This document shows positions 56,718 to 64,000 of a stretch of 64,000 bases of DNA, piece after piece. The DNA is from Phenylobacterium sp. GTDB lineage: Bacteria; Pseudomonadota; Alphaproteobacteria; Caulobacterales; Caulobacteraceae. The first letter of the stretch is position 1, and each line of letters starts with the position of its first letter. Made by a program: the position numbers and the translations under genes. The notes under the pieces were generated by a model. It was not told the origin of the DNA. It did no database searches and worked only from the letters and a program-made list of their open reading frames with translations. Location: contig NZ_JAKRSA010000015.1 of the NCBI RefSeq assembly GCF_022402485.1, positions 49,270 through 113,269 on the forward strand. Direction: 5' to 3'.

Positions 56718-56734
56718 GTTCAGCCACGGTTCAG
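56718..56734 (+). promoter_or_regulatory. OmpR-type direct repeat GTTCAG-N5-GTTCAG
   Basis: Two GTTCAG copies with 11-bp periodicity, 24 nt upstream of the operon's first gene. Confidence 0.5.
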
Positions 56735-56758
56735 TCGTCCAGGCTTAGACCGGTCGTC

Positions 56759-57094
56759 ATGAAACACCTCGTCCTCATCACAGCTCTGCTGGCCGCCGGG
56801 GTCCCCGTGACGGCCCAGGCCCAGTATGGTGCCGACCTGCGCTCGTCCTTTGGGGCAGGTCGGGGCGATCAGGACGACGCCCGTGCCGCCGTGCGCGCAG
56901 GACGCCAGGCACCTCTGTCCCAAGTGATTTCGGCCATTGCCCAGCGCACCCCTGGCCGGCACTTGAATACGACCCAGGGAACCCACGGGGGCCGCCCTGC
57001 CTATTTCGTCCAGTGGCAGACTCCTGACGGCAAGGTGATCATCTTTATCGCCGACGCCGAATCCGGGGGCATCATCGGTCGCCAGGGCGGCTGA
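56759..57094 (+). CDS. Small exported PepSY-like protein
   Basis: Signal peptide; DQDDARAAVRAGRQAPLSQVI...; ADAESGGII; first gene of the TCS operon. Confidence 0.72.
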   Translation: MKHLVLITALLAAGVPVTAQAQYGADLRSSFGAGRGDQDDARAAVRAGRQAPLSQVISAIAQRTPGRHLNTTQGTHGGRPAYFVQWQTPDGKVIIFIADAESGGIIGRQGG

Positions 57095-57120
57095 CAAGTC
57101 GAGAAGGGGAGGCCTGATCC

Positions 57121-57807
57121 ATGCGTATCTTGCTGGTGGAAGACGATCCGGACCTGGCGCGGCAGCTTAAGGGTGCCCTGGCCGACGCCGGCTATGCGGT
57201 CGATCACGCGCCGGACGGCGAGGAAGCCCAGTTCCTGGGCGAGACCGAGCCCTATGACGCGGTGATCCTGGATCTCGGCCTGCCCAAGGTGGACGGGGTC
57301 TCGGTGCTGGAGCGCTGGCGGCGGGGCGAGGTGGCGACTCCGGTCCTGATCCTGACCGCACGGGGGGCCTGGAGCGAAAAAGTGGCGGGCTTTGACGCCG
57401 GCGCCGACGACTATCTCACCAAGCCCTTTCATACCGAGGAACTGCTGGCGCGGCTGCGCGCCCTGCTGCGCCGGTCAGCCGGTCATGCGGCGCCGAACCT
57501 GACCTGTGGCGGGTTGCGTCTCGACCCTCGCGCCGCAAGGGCGTCGGTCAATGGCGAGCCCCTGCGGCTCACCTCGCTGGAGTATCGACTGCTCCATTAC
57601 ATGATGATGCATCAGGGCCGGGTGATCAGCCGCACGGAGCTTGTGGAGCATCTCTACGACCAGGACTTTGATCGTGACTCCAACACCATCGAGGTCTTTG
57701 TCGGTCGTATTCGCAAGAAGATGGGGGCTGACCGGATCGAGACCGTGCGCGGCCTGGGCTACCGCCTGACCTGTCCGGCCGACGAGATAGAGGCCAGCGC
57801 CAGTTGA
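57121..57807 (+). CDS. OmpR-family response regulator (FeuP-like by synteny)
   Basis: MRILLVEDD, LDLGLP, DDYLTKPF, DSNTIEVFVGRIRKK, ETVRGLGY. Confidence 0.93.
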   Translation: MRILLVEDDPDLARQLKGALADAGYAVDHAPDGEEAQFLGETEPYDAVILDLGLPKVDGVSVLERWRRGEVATPVLILTARGAWSEKVAGFDAGADDYLTKPFHTEELLARLRALLRRSAGHAAPNLTCGGLRLDPRAARASVNGEPLRLTSLEYRLLHYMMMHQGRVISRTELVEHLYDQDFDRDSNTIEVFVGRIRKKMGADRIETVRGLGYRLTCPADEIEASAS

Positions 57808-57826
57808 GCCGACCCCTCTTTCGCAA

Positions 57827-59215
57827 ATGAAGTTGGCGGCTCTGCAAAGCGCCTCCCTGGTCCGCCGTCTGGTGATCCTGGCGGCGGGGTGGAGCCTGAC
57901 GGTCCTGCTGATTTCAGCCGTCGTGCTGTCGCTTCTGTTTCAGCAGGCGGCCCTGCGACGGTTCGATGAGGGGCTGGCGGAGCTGATCGACAATCTGCTG
58001 GCGGGCACCACGGTGGACGCCTCCGGGCAGGTGCTGGCACCGGCACTCACCGATCTGCGGGCCCTTCGCGCCTATTCCGGTCGCTACTGGCAGGTGGTGG
58101 AGCCGCTCCCTGATGGGCAATGGCGGATGATTGTCCGCTCACGCTCCCTGTGGGATGCCGATCTCACCGCACCTGGGGATCTCGTCGCCCAGCTTGAGGC
58201 CGATCCCGGTCGTCCGGTGACCTATGAGACCGACGGCCCGCTCAATCAGCCCCTCCGCGCCCTGGCCAGCCGCGTCACCCTGCCGGGCCGAGAGGCCCCC
58301 TTGATCTTCATGGCCGCGGAAGACCGCTCGCCGATTGACCGGGACGTGCGAGGCTTCATTACGGCGACTGCCGTGGCCTTCCTTCTTTTGGGCGCCGGCT
58401 TGGTGGGGGCGGTGGTCTTTCAGGTGCGCTTTGGCCTTCGGCCCCTGTTTGCCCTGCGGCGCGAGGTGGCGGCGGTCCGAAGGGGCAAGGCTGAGCGGAT
58501 CGCCGGCGCATACCCTGTTGAGTTGGAGCCCCTGGCCCAGGAGCTGAATGCCCTGGTCAGCCACAACCAGGAGGTCGTCGAACGTCAGCGCACCCATGTG
58601 GGCAATCTCGCCCATGCCCTGAAGACCCCCCTATCGGTCATGCTGACCGAGGCCCGCCAGTCGCCGGGGCCCCTTTCGGAGGTGGTCGTGCGCCAGGCCG
58701 AGGTCATGCGCCAGCAGGTTGATCATCATCTGCGCCGGGCCCGCGCGGCTGCGCGTACACCTGGCCGTGGCGAGCGCACTGAGGTTGCCGACGTTCTCGA
58801 CGAACTGGCCCGCACCTTGTCACGCATCTTCCAGGACAAGGGCGTCGACATCGATTGGGACTGTGAAGACGATCTCATCTTCCAGGGTGAACGTCAGGAC
58901 CTGCTGGAAATTGCCGGCAACGCCATGGAGAACGCCGCCCAGTGGTGTCGGGGTCGGGTCCGGGTCCGCGCCGTAGCTCTCAACCTGGAACGCCTGCAGA
59001 TGACCGTCGAGGACGATGGGCCGGGCCTGCCGCCTGAGCGTCGCCCCGAGGTGTTGCGGCGGGGCGCGCGCCTGGACGAGAGCGCGCCAGGATCTGGGCT
59101 TGGCCTGTCCATCATCGACGAGCTGGCGAGGGCTTATGGGGGCGATCTTCGACTGGACGCAGCGAAACTCGGCGGGCTGTCAGTCATCATCGATCTGCCT
59201 CGGGCTGAGACCTGA
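57827..59215 (+). CDS. Sensor histidine kinase (FeuQ-like by synteny)
   Basis: 2 TM + HAMP, GNLAHALKTPL, VEDDGPG, GSGLGLSI. Confidence 0.92.
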   Translation: MKLAALQSASLVRRLVILAAGWSLTVLLISAVVLSLLFQQAALRRFDEGLAELIDNLLAGTTVDASGQVLAPALTDLRALRAYSGRYWQVVEPLPDGQWRMIVRSRSLWDADLTAPGDLVAQLEADPGRPVTYETDGPLNQPLRALASRVTLPGREAPLIFMAAEDRSPIDRDVRGFITATAVAFLLLGAGLVGAVVFQVRFGLRPLFALRREVAAVRRGKAERIAGAYPVELEPLAQELNALVSHNQEVVERQRTHVGNLAHALKTPLSVMLTEARQSPGPLSEVVVRQAEVMRQQVDHHLRRARAAARTPGRGERTEVADVLDELARTLSRIFQDKGVDIDWDCEDDLIFQGERQDLLEIAGNAMENAAQWCRGRVRVRAVALNLERLQMTVEDDGPGLPPERRPEVLRRGARLDESAPGSGLGLSIIDELARAYGGDLRLDAAKLGGLSVIIDLPRAET

Positions 59216-59317
59216 CGCCCTGCGTCACGTCCGCCCATCGGGTTAGGGTTAAGTAAAGCCTTAACCGACCCTGGCGCAGTTTAGGGTTCCGCAAGTGCGC
59301 GGCAGCGAGGGGGATGA

Positions 59318-60655
59318 ATGGGCGGTCTGCCCGAACAGAAGCTGGCCATCCTGCGGCACATGGTGGAATCGGCTCCCGATCGGGTGGTCGGAGACCTCCG
59401 TGGCGCCCTGTCCGGGGCTGCCGGCGATTCGGGCCTTACGGCCGTGCGCCTGCTTGTTGAGACCGAGGCCCGCGACCGCCAGCTGCGCAATGCTGTTCTG
59501 CATCCGATTGCGCCCCTCTGCGTGGGGGATGGCCGCACCGAGCATCTGACCTTTCCCTCCCGATCCCTCGCCCTGGTGTGGCGCGGACTGCGCGATCAGG
59601 CGACCCATGAAGTGGCCCGGGCTGCGGCCTTGGCCGAGGAATTCCAGGCTGATCAGAGCTCGCCGGAACCCTTCGACATTCTGGCCCGACGGGCCGCCCG
59701 GGGCTTGAGCGAACGTAATCACCCAAAGTTTATCGCGGCCGCCGAGGCCGCCGACGCCGCCCGACCGGGCGGAGCGCTGCTTCTGGCCGAATGCATGCAG
59801 ATGGTGCCGATTGTCCGGGCCGCCGTCAGTCGGTTACCGAGCTGGATCCAGCGGGTGACCGACGATGATGCCGCCCTGGCACGCCTGGCCTACAAGGACT
59901 CGGTCGCCATCGCCGAGGATGCCGGTCCTCGCTTCTTCGAGATGCTTGCGGCCCACCTGACCCATCCCTGGATGGTGCTGCGCCTGATCAGCGCTGTCAT
60001 GGACAAGCCCTCAGAGGCCTATCTTGCCGGCTCGGAGCTGGCGAGCTTCGGGCACCGGGTGCTCGACGGGGTGGATGCCGGTCTGGCGGACCTGGATCGC
60101 TTTGATATTCATGGCGGACTACCAGCGGTGCGGACCGCCGTCCGGGCCATTGAAGCCATGAACGCCCAGATCTCCGAGATCGAGGGCAATGTCGAACTGA
60201 ACCGCCAGGGGATCTGGGGCGCGCGGCTCGGCAAGCAAAAGGCCAGTCTTGCGCGGCTGGTGGAGGCCCGGCTGCGGCTGATCGATAAGGCTCTGGCCCA
60301 GGCCCTGCCTTTGACCGAAGTCTGGAGCGGCCGTGTCTCCAGACAGGTCGCTCGACTGACCACACCCCCGGACGCCGCAGCCTTGCAGACGGCCAAAACC
60401 CTGGTGGCCTTTGCGCAAGAAATCCGCGGGGCGGCCAATACTGGTGGGTTCGCTGCTGCGCGTACCGAAGTGATGCAGGCGCTGGAAGCGCATATCGATC
60501 TCTTCACTGACGACGCCCTGGAGTGCCTTCGCAAAGGGGAAGCGGCGGAGCCCGAAATCGCCCGTGCGCTTCTCAATGCGGCGATTGAACTCACGGCCCT
60601 GGCGCGGGACCGTCAGTCTGCCGATATCCTACGCCGAAGGCTCGCCGCGATCTGA
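59318..60655 (+). CDS. Hypothetical all-alpha protein
   Basis: 445-aa ORF with an SD (GGGGA), coding-like composition, no recognised motif. Confidence 0.72.
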   Translation: MGGLPEQKLAILRHMVESAPDRVVGDLRGALSGAAGDSGLTAVRLLVETEARDRQLRNAVLHPIAPLCVGDGRTEHLTFPSRSLALVWRGLRDQATHEVARAAALAEEFQADQSSPEPFDILARRAARGLSERNHPKFIAAAEAADAARPGGALLLAECMQMVPIVRAAVSRLPSWIQRVTDDDAALARLAYKDSVAIAEDAGPRFFEMLAAHLTHPWMVLRLISAVMDKPSEAYLAGSELASFGHRVLDGVDAGLADLDRFDIHGGLPAVRTAVRAIEAMNAQISEIEGNVELNRQGIWGARLGKQKASLARLVEARLRLIDKALAQALPLTEVWSGRVSRQVARLTTPPDAAALQTAKTLVAFAQEIRGAANTGGFAAARTEVMQALEAHIDLFTDDALECLRKGEAAEPEIARALLNAAIELTALARDRQSADILRRRLAAI

Positions 60656-60713
60656 CCCAATGAGGGCCCCGATGGCTCTCGCGCGCGGCGGACCTTTGGG
60701 GTAAACGGCGCGC

Positions 60714-61796
60714 ATGATCGTGTTCTGGATTGCGGTTGGAGTGATGTCCGCCGCCGTAGCGGGTCTCATCCTGCGCCGCGCTGCACGGGCGGCTGCCGGC
60801 GGCGGTGATGCCGACTCGACCCTTCCCCTTTACCAGCGCCAGCTTTCCGAGATCGAGGATCTGGCTGAGCGCGGTCTGATTGCCGAGGATGAGCGTCGCA
60901 GCGCCCATGCCGAGGCCGCGCGGCGCCTGCTGTCCGCCGCCGATGCCGCGGGGCCAGCCTGGACGGCGGCAAAAACCGCCCGGCCTATGATCGTCGCCCT
61001 GGCCGTAGTGGCCCCGGTTTTGGCGCTGGGCCTCTATCTCGGGATCGGGTCACCTGGCTACAGGGACCAGCCCTATGCTGACCGTCTGGATCGTTGGCGG
61101 GCCGCGCCGCCGACCCAGCTCGACGCCCCGCAGATGGCCGCTGTTCTGCGTTCAGTGACAAGCGAACGGCCAGACGACCCCGAGCCCTACCGCTTTCTGG
61201 CTATTGCCGAGATGGCCTCCGGCGATCCGGGGGCCGCGACCCGGGCCCTGCGCGAAGCCTTGCGTCTGGCGCCCGACCGGGCCGACCTCTGGGAGTCCCT
61301 GGGCGAGGCCCTGATGGTCACCGCCGAAGGGGAGGTGACTCCGCAGTCTGCCGCAGCGTTCCAGCGCGCCTTGGAAAAGGACCCTCAGGCCGCCACCGCG
61401 CGCTTCCACCTGGCCCGCGGCCGGATTGAGGCAGGCGAGGTCGAGGCTGGTCTGGCCGAATGGCGAGCCCTGCTTGCGGACCTCCCCGCCGCAGACCCCC
61501 GCCGCCCCGTCCTTCAGGCTGCGATGGCTGACGTCGCCAACGGGCCCCGGCAGCCGTCCATTGCGCCAGAGACTGTGGGAGCGCCCGAAATTGCTGCCAT
61601 GGTCGAGGGGCTGGCGGCTCGCCTTGCCGCTGAACCTGATGATCCCGAGGGCTGGGTGCGGCTGGTCCGCTCCTATGCCGTGCTAGGTGACGCCGCCCGG
61701 CGGGACGCTGCCCTGGCCCAGGCCAGAGCGCGGTATGCCGATAACCCTCAAATCCTGACACAGCTGGCCCAGGCGGCAGCTGCGGAGCCCATGTGA
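60714..61796 (+). CDS. ccmI: Cytochrome c biogenesis protein CcmI/CycH
   Basis: LYQRQLSEIE.LAERGLI, YLGIGSPG, TPR repeats, EGWVRLVRSY. Confidence 0.9.
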   Translation: MIVFWIAVGVMSAAVAGLILRRAARAAAGGGDADSTLPLYQRQLSEIEDLAERGLIAEDERRSAHAEAARRLLSAADAAGPAWTAAKTARPMIVALAVVAPVLALGLYLGIGSPGYRDQPYADRLDRWRAAPPTQLDAPQMAAVLRSVTSERPDDPEPYRFLAIAEMASGDPGAATRALREALRLAPDRADLWESLGEALMVTAEGEVTPQSAAAFQRALEKDPQAATARFHLARGRIEAGEVEAGLAEWRALLADLPAADPRRPVLQAAMADVANGPRQPSIAPETVGAPEIAAMVEGLAARLAAEPDDPEGWVRLVRSYAVLGDAARRDAALAQARARYADNPQILTQLAQAAAAEPM

Positions 61797-62317
61797 TGTC
61801 TGGTTGGTTGCCCAAGTCCCGTACCGCCCGACGCCGCCTGCTGGTGCTGTCGGCTGTGGCCCCGGTTCTGGCGCTCGCCGTGGGCCTGACGCTCTGGGGT
61901 CTGTCGGACTCGATCTCCTATTTCTACACGCCGGCCCAGGCCGCTGAGTCTCGTCCCGCCCCTGGCCAGACGATCCAGCTGGGCGGGCTGGTCGAGGGGG
62001 GCAGTATCGTCAAACATGCCGACGGTCGGCTGGAGTTCGTGGTCATGGACCAGATCACGGCTGCCCCTGTGGTCTACCGGGGCGATCCGCCCGATCTGTT
62101 CCGTGAAGGCCAGGGGGTGGTCGCCACCGGCGCCTTCCGCGAGGACGGTGTGTTCGAGGCCCGCCGGCTGCTGGCCAAGCATGACGAGACCTACATGCCC
62201 CGTGACCTTCAGAATGCTCTGAAGGAACAGGGGGAATGGCGCGGTGAGGGGGCTGAGCGCAGCGCCGACGCGGCGGCCTCAGGGGCTGTCCCCTACGGCG
62301 GAGGCGCGGGTCTGTGA
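61793..62317 (+). CDS. ccmE: Heme chaperone CcmE/CycJ
   Basis: YFYTP, GGLVE.GS, PDLFREGQGVV, LAKHDETYMP. Confidence 0.95.
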   Translation: MMSGWLPKSRTARRRLLVLSAVAPVLALAVGLTLWGLSDSISYFYTPAQAAESRPAPGQTIQLGGLVEGGSIVKHADGRLEFVVMDQITAAPVVYRGDPPDLFREGQGVVATGAFREDGVFEARRLLAKHDETYMPRDLQNALKEQGEWRGEGAERSADAAASGAVPYGGGAGL

Positions 62318-64000
62318 TCGTCGAGATCGGCGCCTTTGCGCTCATTCTGTCCCTGATCCTGTCGGTCCTGCAGACCGGCGCCTCGGCCCTGGCCCGCATT
62401 CGGCGCTCGCCCGTCCTGGCGGCCGTGGGCGAGGGGGCGGCCATCGGGGCCTTTGGCGTTCTGGCCGTGTCCTTCGCCGCCCTGGTCTACGCGTTCGTGG
62501 TGTCCGATTTCAGCGTTGCCAACGTCACCGCCAACTCCCATACCGCCAAGCCGCTGCTTTACCGGATCGGTGGCGCCTGGGGCAGCCATGAGGGCTCAAT
62601 GCTCATGTGGTGTCTGGCGCTTACGGGCTTTGGCGCCCTGTTGGCCGGCTATGGGCGTGGGCTCACCTCGGCCCTCAAGGCGGTGGCTGTGGCCACGCAA
62701 GGGGCGCTGGGCATCGCCTTCCTGGCCTATACGGTTTTTGCGTCCAACCCCTTCTGGCGCCTGAGCCAGCCGCCGGTCGAGGGCCGCTCACTCAATCCCC
62801 TTCTGCAGGACCCAGCCCTGCTGCTGCACCCGCCGTTCCTCTATGTGGGCTATGTGGGGCTGTCGGTGGTCTTTTCCCTGGCGGTGGCCGCCTTGGTGGA
62901 GGGCCGCGCCGACGCCGCCTGGGCTCGCTGGATCCGGCCTTGGACCCTGGCGGCCTGGGCAGGGCTCACTGTCGGCATCACCCTTGGCGCCTACTGGGCC
63001 TATTACGAGCTTGGCTGGGGCGGCTGGTGGTTCTGGGATCCGGTAGAGAACGCCAGCTTCATGCCCTGGCTGATCGCTACGGCCCTGCTGCATTCGGCTG
63101 TGGTCACTGAGCGTCGCGGAGCCCTGCCGGGCTGGACGATCTTCCTGGCGCTCGGGGGCTATACCTTCTCGATGCTGGGGGCCTTCCTGGTTCGGTCTGG
63201 CGTCCTGACCTCGGTGCATGCCTTTGCGGTGGACCCCACCCGAGGGGTGCTGCTGCTGACCATCCTTGGGGTGACGTCAGGCCTGGGCTTTGCCCTGTTT
63301 GCCTGGCGGGCCCCGGCCATGGCGAGGGGCGGTCTGTTCGCTCCGATCAGCCGCGAAAGCGCACTGGTGCTCAATAACATCCTGCTGGCGGCTGCCACGG
63401 CCACGGTTCTGCTCGGCACCCTCTATCCGCTGATCCGCGAGGCCATCGCCGGCGAAGCGATCTCGGTGGGGCCGCCCTTCTTCCATCTCACCTTCACCCC
63501 CCTGATGTTCCTCCTGCTGATTCTGCTGCCTGCAGGCCCCCTGCTGGCCTGGAAGCGGGCCGACGCCGGGGCTGCCTTGCAGCGGCTCTGGGTGGCCGCC
63601 CTGCTGGCGGCCGCGGCCGGCGCCGCCACCCTGGCCCTGGTTCAACCCCTCAGCCTGTTTGGCGCGGCGGGCATGGCCCTCGGGGTCTGGCTGATCGTCG
63701 GGTCGTTGACCGAAGTGGCGGAGCGTATCCGGCTGTTCAAGGTTCCGGGCGCTGAGGTTTTGCGTCGGCTCGGCGGACTGCCACGGGGGACCTGGGGCAT
63801 GACCCTGGCCCATGCCGGCCTTGGGGTGTTCGTCTTCGGCGCCGTGGTAGAGACCACCTGGAAATCGGAGACCTCCGAGGTCCTGGCCCAGGGTCAAAGG
63901 CTGAGCGTCGCCGGCTATGTTCTCGTGCTGGAGGACGTCGCGCCGGTCCTGGGCCCTAACTATGAGGCCGAGCAAGCCACCATCCGGGCCTTTGCCCCGG
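62314..64000 (+). CDS. ccmF: Heme lyase CcmF/CycK, 3' end outside the window
   Basis: Manual translation from GTG 62314: WGSHEGS, HPPFLYVGY, WAYYELGWGGWWFWDPVENAS, LTSVHAFA. Confidence 0.95.
   Translation, partial: MIVEIGAFALILSLILSVLQTGASALARIRRSPVLAAVGEGAAIGAFGVLAVSFAALVYAFVVSDFSVANVTANSHTAKPLLYRIGGAWGSHEGSMLMWCLALTGFGALLAGYGRGLTSALKAVAVATQGALGIAFLAYTVFASNPFWRLSQPPVEGRSLNPLLQDPALLLHPPFLYVGYVGLSVVFSLAVAALVEGRADAAWARWIRPWTLAAWAGLTVGITLGAYWAYYELGWGGWWFWDPVENASFMPWLIATALLHSAVVTERRGALPGWTIFLALGGYTFSMLGAFLVRSGVLTSVHAFAVDPTRGVLLLTILGVTSGLGFALFAWRAPAMARGGLFAPISRESALVLNNILLAAATATVLLGTLYPLIREAIAGEAISVGPPFFHLTFTPLMFLLLILLPAGPLLAWKRADAGAALQRLWVAALLAAAAGAATLALVQPLSLFGAAGMALGVWLIVGSLTEVAERIRLFKVPGAEVLRRLGGLPRGTWGMTLAHAGLGVFVFGAVVETTWKSETSEVLAQGQRLSVAGYVLVLEDVAPVLGPNYEAEQATIRAFAP

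Noticed and set aside
57804-57830. Frameshift at the start of the sensor kinase (TTG 57804 frame closes at once)
   Set aside because: ATG 57827 gives a complete kinase with its first TM segment; no frameshift is needed.
1-64000. CRISPR array, rRNA, IS element or prophage structural genes
   Set aside because: No regularly spaced repeats, rRNA sequence, terminal inverted repeats with a transposase, or phage hallmark proteins were seen.

Overview
High-GC chromosomal DNA, very probably from a Caulobacteraceae alphaproteobacterium (divJ plus a CC1062-like kinase, mucR, a PbpC-type PBP with the NDWTL N-terminal peptide, CtrA boxes). Most of the window is housekeeping: sppA, abgT, the mnmH/selD selenouridine pair, two MacB/FtsX-type ABC systems, ptrB, fatty-acyl-CoA genes, prfC, uup, a two-component system and ccmI-E-F. 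The main accessory feature is a ~2.5 kb AT-rich island inserted into tRNA-Gln(TTG) and bounded by a perfect 50-bp direct repeat (15148-15197 / 17668-17717). It has no integrase and carries only a complete tripartite retron: an msr-msd ncRNA (a1/a2 repeats, AGC branching G, 25-bp perfect msd hairpin), an NDT-like/wHTH effector and a YADD reverse transcriptase. The msDNA stem contains a duplex GANTC (CcrM) site. A second candidate is an unannotated ~265-nt multi-hairpin RNA at ~50170-50432 (minus strand), downstream of DnaA-box-like motifs. No CRISPR array or transposase was seen. All calls come from reading the sequence; no searches were run.
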